DNA of 64,000 nt, from positions 1 to 64,000 of the forward strand of contig MCFH01000073.1 in the NCBI GenBank assembly GCA_002104945.1. Direction: 5' to 3'. The notes under the pieces are model-generated. The model worked only from the letters and a program-made list of their open reading frames with translations, made no database searches and was not told the DNA's origin. The position numbers were made by a program, and so were the translations under genes. This document shows, one piece after another, positions 38,710-53,590 of the stretch (position 1 is the stretch's first letter; each line of letters begins with the position of its first letter). This stretch comes from Piromyces finnis finn (taxonomy: Eukaryota > Fungi > Neocallimastigomycota).

Positions 38710-39527
38710 AGAACATTATATTTTTAAATTTTTTAAAATTTTTATCATTGCATCTCTATATTTTTTTTTTGAACTCTACTCTTGAATCTTGAATAAAATG
38801 AATTATTTTTTTTGAAATTATTAATACAAAATGAAAAGTAGGAATAATGTAATAAATAATACCATTCTAATATATTATTTCAATGTTATTTTTTTTGTTA
38901 AATATATATTTATTAGTAAAATCATATTTTATCTTTTTTTTTACATCATTTTTTAAAATTATAAAAAGGCATAATTTAATTTATTTAATAATAAAATAAA
39001 ACATTTAATAAAAATAAAAAATAAAATATGCATTTAATATTTAAATTATCATTATTAACATTATATTTTATAAAATTTATAAAAAAAACCATATTAAAAA
39101 TGCACCTTAATTATTTTCTATTAGATTTTTTTAAATTTTTTTTATATTTAATAATGGTATAATGATGAATGAATGTTCAATATTATATATCATTGAGTTA
39201 AATAAACCAACATTATTTATCCATTCTTTAACATTAATGATGCTTTGACTGATATATTTTTGAATAACATAATATTTTTAATAAATAATAATTTCTAGAA
39301 TTTAGATTAAGAAATAAATTATGTTTTATAATTAACAAATAAATCTCTTTAAAACCAAAAAATAAACTCTTTTAATTATGCTTTTAAATTGTCTTTTTAT
39401 TATATTTTTATTCTCTATTTATTGTTTGTCTTTTTAAAAAAGAAATTTATCTTCCTTTTATACATTTTCATTTATTATATGCATTATTAAATATCACTAT
39501 TACTATTGTTATTATTTATTAAAATTA

Positions 39528-39564
<37 letters not shown>

Positions 39565-39739
39565 GGCATCAAATATTTTAAACTTTATTATTAATTTAAT
39601 TAAAATTATAATACATGTAATATAAAAATTAAAATAAAATAAAAATAAAAAAAAATATGTTTAAATAAACACAAATGAATAAAAATTGGGTATAATGTAT
39701 TCTAGTAATTTTAATTAAAGTAAGAAAGCCACTATCATA

Positions 39740-42378
39740 CTAAAGTATAATAATTGTATTTGACTTCCAATGGGACACCGAGCCAAAGATCAAAATTTTA
39801 TCATGGGACAAAATTATGATCTCCATTGGTTGCGCTGGCCCTCCTGGCCTGTCTTACTGTTTCTTCAGCATTGACGCTCTTGGATGTTGCTTCAAACCTT
39901 TTGAACATTGACCATTGCTGGCCAATAGCAAAAGGCATGATTTTGGTTAGAAGTTCCGCGGTTACCGTCAAGAATGGTGTTCCTTCGTTAGTACCAGATT
40001 GAATCTGACGCTTACAAAGTTCTTTCCATTCCCTTGAATTGTAATTGATATTGTTAAAACTTCTTCCCCCAAGAAGGAATTTAAATATTTTACTGCACAC
40101 ACTAGAATAATCATACACATTAATATTCACCGGATTATTAGAACTATTACTATCATTAACTAAATTACTATCTAAATTAGAATTATTATCTTCACTATTG
40201 CTATCATTACTAATATTATTATTTCTATTACTACTATTGTTATTATTACTATTGTTACTATTACTATTGTTATTATTACTATTGTTACTATTACTATTAA
40301 TATTATTACTATCTCTACTGATATTATCAATTTCATTATTATTGATAGGACTATTGGAATTACGTTGACTGAAAAAATTTAATAGCTGGACTATGGAATC
40401 ATAATGTTTAATACGGATATCTCTAAATGTTGGACAATCTAATAACCAATGTTTAATACTTTGATCTCCACACTTGCAACATGGACAGTAGTTAGGACAA
40501 ACTGGATCAACAAATTTGGCAGCTTTGGCAACTCTAGCATCCAACTTGTATCCGCTTCTTGCTTTCAATAGCCAGTAGAAGCCATAGGCAAACTCTGGGT
40601 ACTCATAACATAATTTAATAAAATCTTTAGTATCAATAAACTTATTATCATCATAATATTGCGCTTTGATTGAATTCCCTTTGAGATCTTTCCAATAAAA
40701 GTTTTTAACTGCTTTAACATCTCCATGTTTCTTTAGTTTTTTATCAAGTGTCCTACTTGATTTGCACCACGTGTATTTTCTAAATTTAGGAATGTAATTG
40801 ACAAGGTGTGAGATAATACAATTTGAGTTTTTCCATTTGTTAAAACATCTAACCTGAGCTAATGCACATTTGGCTGACAATGGAGGAATATTCAAATCTT
40901 TTGAGATAGAGTATAAAGATATAAACGATACAGCTTTATGAACTCCGGCAACCCATCGTATTCCTTTGTTAACATGCTTCTGTGCAATCCTAGACCTGGC
41001 TTTGTTGGATCCAAGTAATGGTGCAAAGTATGAAACTCTGCTAATCACTTGTGAGTTAAGTACTAGCTTTTTGAAGGGAATAGGAATATTAGGATTTCTT
41101 AAGAATTTACTGACTGAGAAAAGTCCTTTCAAAACCTTGTTATTAAGAGCTTTAATAACTGGTTTAAGGGACAGATTCTTATCAAATGGAACACCAAGAT
41201 AAGTATAACAATCAGTAGTTGGAATGGGTTGTCCTGCTAAGTAAAATGTTGGATCTCTCTTGTTCTGATTTTCTATTGATTCAGGACGAATCACCATCGT
41301 TGAACACTTCTGGATACCAAATTCCATTTCATTATACAAGGCCCATTCATTAACTCTTCTAAGCATCTTTTTTAAGCATCCTCTTGTTGGAGCACAAATA
41401 ACTATATCATCTGCAAAAAGTCCACCACAGCATCGAGTGTCACCTAAACTGACTCCGAGATCTTCACACTCTTTAAATATATCATTAATAAAGAGATTAA
41501 AGAGAATAGGAGAAAGAGGGCATCCTTGACGGACTCCTTTCTTCACATCAAAAGATTTCGAGAATTGTCCATCTAATTTGACATTAGCCTTAGATGTTAA
41601 ATATAAATTTTTGATGAATTGTAAACTCTTACCTCGGATTCCTAAACAATCTAATTTATTGAGAATATTACCGATTGGGACTGAATCGTATGCTTTCCTG
41701 AGATCTAAAAAGGCCAAATATGTCTCTTTATTATCTAATTGACGTCTACGGCATATTTCTTGGATTGAAATGAAAAGACTGATACTTTCTTCCTTTTTTC
41801 GAAAACCAAATTGTTCAGGTCTAATGAAATTATTCTTTAGACCATATTCTGAGATTCTAGTGGTGACAATTTTGGAAATCAACTTAATACCATTATTGAT
41901 AAGTGATATACCTCGATAGTTATCACAATCTGTCAAATCTCCCTTCTTAGGAATAGAAACAATACTGGATTCATTCCATGAGTTGGGGAAGTCTCCATCC
42001 CAAATACGGTTGAATAATTTAAGAATAAAATTTAAACCATAAGCATCATTATCTGAAGTGGTATTACCGGAAGAATTATTATCTGTAGCATTATTAGAAT
42101 CATTACTTGATGGAATTAATGCTTTGTAAAATTCAATTGGAATACCATCCGGACCTGATGCTTTATAATTCGGAGTAGAGAGGATAGCTGACTTGACTTC
42201 ATCAATACTAATATCTTGGTTGATATCCCATTCATCAAGCATAGGGAGTGAAAAACGTTTATTCGTTGGTTCTTCATACCAATGCTCCAAATCAAGACTT
42301 ACGCCACTTGGATCTGATGCAAGATTTTCGAAATGATCATGCCACACATCTAGTTGTTCTTCCGTAGCAACAACTAAT
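39740..42378 (-). mobile_element. 5'-truncated non-LTR retrotransposon (LINE) with an intact RT-zinc knuckle frame (ORF 39801-42347)
   Basis: KASGPDGIP, NYRGISL, QFGFR, FLDLRKAYDSV, GVRQGCPLSP, LFADD, YTYLGV and CPCC..H...C. The frame begins mid-linker (VVATEEQLDVW); no endonuclease domain present. Confidence 0.93.
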
Positions 42379-43043
42379 TAAAAATTAAAAAAATAAATTA
42401 AAATTATACTTTAGTATTATAAAATATTACTTATTTTATCTTCTTTTACTTCAACTAAAAAAAAAAGTATTATAAACTATCATTAAATATATATAATACT
42501 GAATAAAATATTTAAAAATTAAAATTTAAAGAATATTAAAATAAAATTAAAATATTAAAAGTATCAATTATTATAAACACTCATTTTATACAGAAGCATA
42601 AAACAGTTCTGTATTTCATTTTTAAATTTGTTATTATTTTTCTATTTACATATTTTAAATTTGTCATTTTTAGTAATACTTACTAAATTATTTAATTATT
42701 AGTTTTTAAGTATAATTTTATAAGAATTAATAAAGACCATATGGATAAATTCTAGAATTAAAATTAGATATACACTATTTTATTTGAGCTTATTTATTCA
42801 TTTTTATTTATTATTTTATTATTTTAATACAATTATACACTTTATTTAATAATTTTTTTATTTTTATTAATTAAGTAATTTCATTCATAATTTATTATTA
42901 TTTAATAAAGAGAATATTATTTAAAAAGGTTATATTTTTCATAGAATATATAGTAAAATGTTTTTTTTTAAAAAATAAAATTTAATTATAATATAACAAT
43001 TAAAACATCCAAATACAAAATTCATATTAACTTTTTTATTTGA

Positions 43044-46000
43044 TAGAAGTAATTATTTCTATAGTTGTAGATTTATTATTAAAATAAGATAGCTTTTTCA
43101 GATCAAATAACTTTAAATTGATTGATATTGCTGTAACTGTCTTTTCATTTATTAAAGGGATCCAAAAGTAACCAAACGAGAATTCATTCTTCAAAACAAT
43201 CCATATTTTATATAAATATCTTATTTACTATTTATGTAAACAATAAATAAAATACTTATAAATGTGTTTAATAATAAATCTACAGAATTTGGCAATGTAA
43301 AAGAAGAAAAATCATATCAATTTTTTATTTGTTAAAAGTAACTATTGCCATAGCTGTAGATTTATTATTAAAACAAGACAGCTTTTTCAGATTAAATAAC
43401 TTTAAATTGATTGATATTGCTGTAACTGTCTTTTCATTTATTAAAGGGATCCAAAAGTAACCAAACGAGAATTCATTCTTCAAAACAATCCATATTTTAT
43501 ATAAATATCTTATTTACTATTTATGTAAACAATAAATAAAATACTTATAAATGTGTTTAATAATAAATCTACAGAACATAGCATAGTAAAAAGAGAAGTA
43601 GAATATAAGAATAGATTTTTAGAAGTAACTATTGCCATAGCTGTAGATTTATTATTAAAACAAGACAGCTTTTTCAGGTCAAATAACTTTAAATTGATTG
43701 ATATTGCTGTAACTGTCTTTTCATTTATTAAAGGGATCCAAAAGTAACCAAACGAGAATTCATTCTTCAAAACAATCCATATTTTATATAAATATCTTAT
43801 TTACTATTTATGTAAACAATAAATAAAATACTTATAAATGTGTTTAATAATAAATCTACAGAACATAGCATAGTAAAAAGAGAAGTAGAATATAAGAATA
43901 GATTTTTAGAAGTAACTATTGCCATTGCTGTAGATTTATTATTAAAACAAGACAGCTTTTTCAGGTCAAATAACTTTAAATTGATTGATATTGCTGTAAC
44001 TGTCTTTTCATTTATTAAAGGGATCCAAAAGTAACCAAACGAGAATTCATTCTTCAAAACAATCCATATTTTATATAAATATCTTATTTACTATTTATGT
44101 AAACAATAAATAAAATACTTATAAATGTGTTTAATAATAAATCTACAGAACATAGCATAGTAAAAAGAGAAGTAGAATATAAGAATAGATTTTTAGAAGT
44201 AACTATTGCCATAGCTGTAGATTTATTATTAAAACAAGACAGCTTTTTCAGGTCAAATAACTTTAAATTGATTGATATTGCTGTAACTGTCTTTTCATTA
44301 ATTAAAGGGATCCAAAAGTAACCAAACGAGAATTCATTCTTCAAAACAATCCATATTTTATATAAATATCTTATTTACTATTTATGTAAACAATAAATAA
44401 AATACTTATAAATGTGTTTAATAATAAATCTACAGAACATAGCATAGTAAAAAGAGAAGTAGAATATAAGAATAGATTTTTAGAAGTAACTATTGCCATA
44501 GCTGTAGATTTATTATTAAAACAAGACAGCTTTTTCAGATCAAATAACTTTAAATTGATTGATATTGCTGTAACTGTCTTTTCATTTATTAAAGGGATCC
44601 AAAAGTAACCAAACGAGAATTCATTCTTCAAAACAATCCATATTTTATATAAATATCTTATTTACTATTTATGTAAACAATAAATAAAATACTTATAAAT
44701 GTGTTTAATAATAAATCTACAGAACATAGCATAGTAAAAAGAGAAGTAGAATATAAGAATAGATTTTTAGAAGTAACTATTGCCATTGCTGTAGATTTAT
44801 TATTAAAACAAGACAGCTTTTTCAGGTCAAATAACTTTAAATTGATTGATATTGCTGTAACTGTCTTTTCATTTATTAAAGGGATCCAAAAGTAACCAAA
44901 CGAGAATTCATTCTTCAAAACAATCCATATTTTATATAAATATCTTATTTACTATTTATGTAAACAATAAATAAAATACTTATAAATGTGTTTAATAATA
45001 AATCTACAGAACATAGCATAGTAAAAAGAGAAGTAGAATATAAGAATAGATTTTTAGAAGTAACTATTGCCATAGCTGTAGATTTATTATTAAAACAAGA
45101 CAGCTTTTTCAGGTCAAATAACTTTAAATTGATTGATATTGCTGTAACTGTCTTTTCATTTATTAAAGGGATCCAAAAGTAACCAAACGAGAATTCATTC
45201 TTCAAAACAATCCATATTTTATATAAATATCTTATTTACTATTTATGTAAACAATAAATAAAATACTTATAAATGTGTTTAATAATAAATCTACAGAACA
45301 TAGCATAGTAAAAAGAGAAGTAGAATATAAGAATAGATTTTTAGAAGTAACTATTGCCATAGCTGTAGATTTATTATTAAAACAAGACAGCTTTTTCAGA
45401 TCAAATAACTTTAAATTGATTGATATTGCTGTAACTGTCTTTTCATTTATTAAAGGGATCCAAAAGTAACCAAACGAGAATTCATTCTTCAAAACAATCC
45501 ATATTTTATATAAATATCTTATTTACTATTTATGTAAACAATAAATAAAATACTTATAAATGTGTTTAATAATAAATCTACAGAACATAGCATAGTAAAA
45601 AGAGAAGTAGAATATAAGAATAGATTTTTAGAAGTAACTATTGCCATAGCTGTAGATTTATTATTAAAACAAGACAGCTTTTTCAGATCAAATAACTTTA
45701 AATTGATTGATATTGCTGTAACTGTCTTTTCATTTATTAAAGGGATCCAAAAGTAACCAAACGAGAATTCATTCTTCAAAACAATCCATATTTTATATAA
45801 ATATCTTATTTACTATTTATGTAAACAATAAATAAAATACTTATAAATGTGTTTAATAATAAATCTACAGAACATAGCATAGTAAAAAGAGAAGTAGAAT
45901 ATAAGAATAGATTTTTAGAAGTAACTATTGCCATTGCTGTAGATTTATTATTAAAACAAGACAGCTTTTTCAGGTCAAATAACTTTAAATTGATTGATAT

Positions 46001-49000
46001 TGCTGTAACTGTCTTTTCATTTATTAAAGGGATCCAAAAGTAACCAAACGAGAATTCATTCTTCAAAACAATCCATATTTTATATAAATATCTTATTTAC
46101 TATTTATGTAAACAATAAATAAAATACTTATAAATGTGTTTAATAATAAATCTACAGAACATAGCATAGTAAAAAGAGAAGTAGAATATAAGAATAGATT
46201 TTTAGAAGTAACTATTGCCATAGCTGTAGATTTATTATTAAAACAAGACAGCTTTTTCAGATCAAATAACTTTAAATTGATTGATATTGCTGTAACTGTC
46301 TTTTCATTTATTAAAGGGATCCAAAAGTAACCAAACGAGAATTCATTCTTCAAAACAATCCATATTTTATATAAATATCTTATTTACTATTTATGTAAAC
46401 AATAAATAAAATACTTATAAATGTGTTTAATAATAAATCTACAGAAATAGCATAGTAAAAAGAGAAGTAAATATAAAATAGATTTTTAGAAGTAACTATT
46501 GCCATAGCTGTAGATTTATTATTAAAACAAGACAGCTTTTTCAGATCAAATAACTTTAAATTGATTGATATTGCTGTAACTGTCTTTTCATTTATTAAAG
46601 GGATCCAAAAGTAACCAAACGAGAATTCATTCTTCAAAACAATCCATATTTTATATAAATATCTTATTTACTATTTATGTAAACAATAAATAAAATACTT
46701 ATAAATGTGTTTAATAATAAATCTACAGAACATAGCATAGTAAAAAGAGAAGTAGAATATAAGAATAGATTTTTAGAAGTAACTATTGCCATAGCTGTAG
46801 ATTTATTATTAAAACAAGACAGCTTTTTCAGATCAAATAACTTTAAATTGATTGATATTGCTGTAACTGTCTTTTCATTTATTAAAGGGATCCAAAAGTA
46901 ACCAAACGAGAATTCATTCTTCAAAACAATCCATATTTTATATAAATATCTTATTTACTATTTATGTAAACAATAAATAAAATACTTATAAATGTGTTTA
47001 ATAATAAATCTACAGAACATAGCATAGTAAAAAGAGAAGTAGAATATAAGAATAGATTTTTAGAAGTAACTATTGCCATTGCTGTAGATTTATTATTAAA
47101 ACAAGACAGCTTTTTCAGGTCAAATAACTTTAAATTGATTGATATTGCTGTAACTGTCTTTTCATTTATTAAAGGGATCCAAAAGTAACCAAACGAGAAT
47201 TCATTCTTCAAAACAATCCATATTTTATATAAATATCTTATTTACTATTTATGTAAACAATAAATAAAATACTTATAAATGTGTTTAATAATAAATCTAC
47301 AGAACATAGCATAGTAAAAAGAGAAGTAGAATATAAGAATAGATTTTTAGAAGTAACTATTGCCATAGCTGTAGATTTATTATTAAAACAAGACAGCTTT
47401 TTCAGGTCAAATAACTTTAAATTGATTGATATTGCTGTAACTGTCTTTTCATTTATTAAAGGGATCCAAAAGTAACCAAACGAGAATTCATTCTTCAAAA
47501 CAATCCATATTTTATATAAATATCTTATTTACTATTTATGTAAACAATAAATAAAATACTTATAAATGTGTTTAATAATAAATCTACAGAACATAGCATA
47601 GTAAAAAGAGAAGTAGAATATAAGAATAGATTTTTAGAAGTAACTATTGCCATAGCTGTAGATTTATTATTAAAACAAGACAGCTTTTTCAGATCAAATA
47701 ACTTTAAATTGATTGATATTGCTGTAACTGTCTTTTCATTTATTAAAGGGATCCAAAAGTAACCAAACGAGAATTCATTCTTCAAAACAATCCATATTTT
47801 ATATAAATATCTTATTTACTATTTATGTAAACAATAAATAAAATACTTATAAATGTGTTTAATAATAAATCTACAGAACATAGCATAGTAAAAAGAGAAG
47901 TAGAATATAAGAATAGATTTTTAGAAGTAACTATTGCCATTGCTGTAGATTTATTATTAAAACAAGACAGCTTTTTCAGGTCAAATAACTTTAAATTGAT
48001 TGATATTGCTGTAACTGTCTTTTCATTTATTAAAGGGATCCAAAAGTAACCAAACGAGAATTCATTCTTCAAAACAATCCATATTTTATATAAATATCTT
48101 ATTTACTATTTATGTAAACAATAAATAAAATACTTATAAATGTGTTTAATAATAAATCTACAGAACATAGCATAGTAAAAAGAGAAGTAGAATATAAGAA
48201 TAGATTTTTAGAAGTAACTATTGCCATTGCTGTAGATTTATTATTAAAACAAGACAGCTTTTTCAGGTCAAATAACTTTAAATTGATTGATATTGCTGTA
48301 ACTGTCTTTTCATTTATTAAAGGGATCCAAAAGTAACCAAACGAGAATTCATTCTTCAAAACAATCCATATTTTATATAAATATCTTATTTACTATTTAT
48401 GTAAACAATAAATAAAATACTTATAAATGTGTTTAATAATAAATCTACAGAACATAGCATAGTAAAAAGAGAAGTAGAATATAAGAATAGATTTTTAGAA
48501 GTAACTATTGCCATAGCTGTAGATTTATTATTAAAACAAGACAGCTTTTTCAGATCAAATAACTTTAAATTGATTGATATTGCTGTAACTGTCTTTTCAT
48601 TTATTAAAGGGATCCAAAAGTAACCAAACGAGAATTCATTCTTCAAAACAATCCATATTTTATATAAATATCTTATTTACTATTTATGTAAACAATAAAT
48701 AAAATACTTATAAATGTGTTTAATAATAAATCTACAGAACATAGCATAGTAAAAAGAGAAGTAGAATATAAGAATAGATTTTTAGAAGTAACTATTGCCA
48801 TGCTGTAGATTTATTATTAAAACAAGACAGCTTTTTCAGGTCAAATAACTTTAAATTGATTGATATTGCTGTAACTGTCTTTTCATTTATTAAAGGGATC
48901 CAAAAGTAACCAAACGAGAATTCATTCTTCAAAACAATCCATATTTTATATAAATATCTTATTTACTATTTATGTAAACAATAAATAAAATACTTATAAA

Positions 49001-52000
49001 TGTGTTTAATAATAAATCTACAGAACATAGCATAGTAAAAAGAGAAGTAGAATATAAGAATAGATTTTTAGAAGTAACTATTGCCATTGCTGTAGATTTA
49101 TTATTAAAACAAGACAGCTTTTTCAGGTCAAATAACTTTAAATTGATTGATATTGCTGTAACTGTCTTTTCATTTATTAAAGGGATCCAAAAGTAACCAA
49201 ACGAGAATTCATTCTTCAAAACAATCCATATTTTATATAAATATCTTATTTACTATTTATGTAAACAATAAATAAAATACTTATAAATGTGTTTAATAAT
49301 AAATCTACAGAACATAGCATAGTAAAAAGAGAAGTAGAATATAAGAATAGATTTTTAGAAGTAACTATTGCCATTGCTGTAGATTTATTATTAAAACAAG
49401 ACAGCTTTTTCAGGTCAAATAACTTTAAATTGATTGATATTGCTGTAACTGTCTTTTCATTTATTAAAGGGATCCAAAAGTAACCAAACGAGAATTCATT
49501 CTTCAAAACAATCCATATTTTATATAAATATCTTATTTACTATTTATGTAAACAATAAATAAAATACTTATAAATGTGTTTAATAATAAATCTACAGAAC
49601 ATAGCATAGTAAAAAGAGAAGTAGAATATAAGAATAGATTTTTAGAAGTAACTATTGCCATAGCTGTAGATTTATTATTAAAACAAGACAGCTTTTTCAG
49701 ATCAAATAACTTTAAATTGATTGATATTGCTGTAACTGTCTTTTCATTTATTAAAGGGATCCAAAAGTAACCAAACGAGAATTCATTCTTCAAAACAATC
49801 CATATTTTATATAAATATCTTATTTACTATTTATGTAAACAATAAATAAAATACTTATAAATGTGTTTAATAATAAATCTACAGAATTGGCAATGTAAAA
49901 GAAGAAAAATATATCAATTTTTTATTTTTAGAAGTAACTATTGCCATAGCTGTAGATTTATTATTAAAACAAGACAGCTTTTTCAGATCAAATAACTTTA
50001 AATTGATTGATATTGCTGTAACTGTCTTTTCATTAATTAAAGGGATCCAAAAGTAACCAAACGAGAATTCATTCTTCAAAACAATCCATATTTTATATAA
50101 ATATCTTATTTACTATTTATGTAAACAATAAATAAAATACTTATAAATGTGTTTAATAATAAATCTACAGAACATAGCATAGTAAAAAGAGAAGTAGAAT
50201 ATAAGAATAGATTTTTAGAAGTAACTATTGCCATAGCTGTAGATTTATTATTAAAACAAGACAGCTTTTTCAGGTCAAATAACTTTAAATTGATTGATAT
50301 TGCTGTAACTGTCTTTTCATTTATTAAAGGGATCCAAAAGTAACCAAACGAGAATTCATTCTTCAAAACAATCCATATTTTATATAAATATCTTATTTAC
50401 TATTTATGTAAACAATAAATAAAATACTTATAAATGTGTTTAATAATAAATCTACAGAACATAGCATAGTAAAAAGAGAAGTAGAATATAAGAATAGATT
50501 TTTAGAAGTAACTATTGCCATAGCTGTAGATTTATTATTAAAACAAGACAGCTTTTTCAGATCAAATAACTTTAAATTGATTGATATTGCTGTAACTGTC
50601 TTTTCATTTATTAAAGGGATCCAAAAGTAACCAAACGAGAATTCATTCTTCAAAACAATCCATATTTTATATAAATATCTTATTTACTATTTATGTAAAC
50701 AATAAATAAAATACTTATAAATGTGTTTAATAATAAATCTACAGAACATAGCATAGTAAAAAGAGAAGTAGAATATAAGAATAGATTTTTAGAAGTAACT
50801 ATTGCCATAGCTGTAGATTTATTATTAAAACAAGACAGCTTTTTCAGATCAAATAACTTTAAATTGATTGATATTGCTGTAACTGTCTTTTCATTTATTA
50901 AAGGGATCCAAAAGTAACCAAACGAGAATTCATTCTTCAAAACAATCCATATTTTATATAAATATCTTATTTACTATTTATGTAAACAATAAATAAAATA
51001 CTTATAAATGTGTTTAATAATAAATCTACAGAACATAGCATAGTAAAAAGAGAAGTAGAATATAAGAATAGATTTTTAGAAGTAACTATTGCCATTGCTG
51101 TAGATTTATTATTAAAACAAGACAGCTTTTTCAGGTCAAATAACTTTAAATTGATTGATATTGCTGTAACTGTCTTTTCATTTATTAAAGGGATCCAAAA
51201 GTAACCAAACGAGAATTCATTCTTCAAAACAATCCATATTTTATATAAATATCTTATTTACTATTTATGTAAACAATAAATAAAATACTTATAAATGTGT
51301 TTAATAATAAATCTACAGAACATAGCATAGTAAAAAGAGAAGTAGAATATAAGAATAGATTTTTAGAAGTAACTATTGCCATTGCTGTAGATTTATTATT
51401 AAAACAAGACAGCTTTTTCAGGTCAAATAACTTTAAATTGATTGATATTGCTGTAACTGTCTTTTCATTTATTAAAGGGATCCAAAAGTAACCAAACGAG
51501 AATTCATTCTTCAAAACAATCCATATTTTATATAAATATCTTATTTACTATTTATGTAAACAATAAATAAAATACTTATAAATGTGTTTAATAATAAATC
51601 TACAGAACATAGCATAGTAAAAAGAGAAGTAGAATATAAGAATAGATTTTTAGAAGTAACTATTGCCATTGCTGTAGATTTATTATTAAAACAAGACAGC
51701 TTTTTCAGGTCAAATAACTTTAAATTGATTGATATTGCTGTAACTGTCTTTTCATTTATTAAAGGGATCCAAAAGTAACCAAACGAGAATTCATTCTTCA
51801 AAACAATCCATATTTTATATAAATATCTTATTTACTATTTATGTAAACAATAAATAAAATACTTATAAATGTGTTTAATAATAAATCTACAGAACATAGC
51901 ATAGTAAAAAGAGAAGTAGAATATAAGAATAGATTTTTAGAAGTAACTATTGCCATAGCTGTAGATTTATTATTAAAACAAGACAGCTTTTTCAGATCAA

Positions 52001-53590
52001 ATAACTTTAAATTGATTGATATTGCTGTAACTGTCTTTTCATTAATTAAAGGGATCCAAAAGTAACCAAACGAGAATTCATTCTTCAAAACAATCCATAT
52101 TTTATATAAATATCTTATTTACTATTTATGTAAACAATAAATAAAATACTTATAAATGTGTTTAATAATAAATCTACAGAACATAGCATAGTAAAAAGAG
52201 AAGTAGAATATAAGAATAGATTTTTAGAAGTAACTATTGCCATAGCTGTAGATTTATTATTAAAACAAGACAGCTTTTTCAGGTCAAATAACTTTAAATT
52301 GATTGATATTGCTGTAACTGTCTTTTCATTTATTAAAGGGATCCAAAAGTAACCAAACGAGAATTCATTCTTCAAAACAATCCATATTTTATATAAATAT
52401 CTTATTTACTATTTATGTAAACAATAAATAAAATACTTATAAATGTGTTTAATAATAAATCTACAGAACATAGCATAGTAAAAAGAGAAGTAGAATATAA
52501 GAATAGATTTTTAGAAGTAACTATTGCCATTGCTGTAGATTTATTATTAAAACAAGACAGCTTTTTCAGGTCAAATAACTTTAAATTGATTGATATTGCT
52601 GTAACTGTCTTTTCATTTATTAAAGGGATCCAAAAGTAACCAAACGAGAATTCATTCTTCAAAACAATCCATATTTTATATAAATATCTTATTTACTATT
52701 TATGTAAACAATAAATAAAATACTTATAAATGTGTTTAATAATAAATCTACAGAACATAGCATAGTAAAAAGAGAAGTAGAATATAAGAATAGATTTTTA
52801 GAAGTAACTATTGCCATTGCTGTAGATTTATTATTAAAACAAGACAGCTTTTTCAGGTCAAATAACTTTAAATTGATTGATATTGCTGTAACTGTCTTTT
52901 CATTTATTAAAGGGATCCAAAAGTAACCAAACGAGAATTCATTCTTCAAAACAATCCATATTTTATATAAATATCTTATTTACTATTTATGTAAACAATA
53001 AATAAAATACTTATAAATGTGTTTAATAATAAATCTACAGAACATAGCATAGTAAAAAGAGAAGTAGAATATAAGAATAGATTTTTAGAAGTAACTATTG
53101 CCATAGCTGTAGATTTATTATTAAAACAAGACAGCTTTTTCAGATCAAATAACTTTAAATTGATTGATATTGCTGTAACTGTCTTTTCATTTATTAAAGG
53201 GATCCAAAAGTAACCAAACGAGAATTCATTCTTCAAAACAATCCATATTTTATATAAATATCTTATTTACTATTTATGTAAACAATAAATAAAATACTTA
53301 TAAATGTGTTTAATAATAAATCTACAGAACATAGCATAGTAAAAAGAGAAGTAGAATATAAGAATAGATTTTTAGAAGTAACTATTGCCATAGCTGTAGA
53401 TTTATTATTAAAACAAGACAGCTTTTTCAGATCAAATAACTTTAAATTGATTGATATTGCTGTAACTGTCTTTTCATTAATTAAAGGGATCCAAAAGTAA
53501 CCAAACGAGAATTCATTCTTCAAAACAATCCATATTTTATATAAATATCTTATTTACTATTTATTTAAATAATAAATAAAATACTTATAA
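43044..53590. repeat. Tandem satellite array, 287-bp unit, about 36-37 copies
   Basis: ORF-track period of 287 bp; one GGATCC and one GAATTC per unit; near-identical units with a few dimorphic sites. Confidence 0.98.

Noticed and set aside
39850-39880. CTGAAGA...-like hammerhead ribozyme core at the LINE 3' end (minus strand)
   Set aside because: No stem II followed by GAAA; the similarity to the 20-kb relic is explained by coding homology.
43510-53523. Repeated 64-aa and 86-aa ORFs in the satellite
   Set aside because: They start at GTG or TTG rather than ATG, have no recognisable domain, and recur only because the DNA unit repeats.
43044-53590. Array as CRISPR, or as an amplified LRR-coding exon
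   Set aside because: There are no unique spacers or cas genes. The LRR-like words (FNNK, SNNFK, LQNNP) are irregularly spaced (about 122, 90 and 75 bp) and are expected from AAT-rich DNA.
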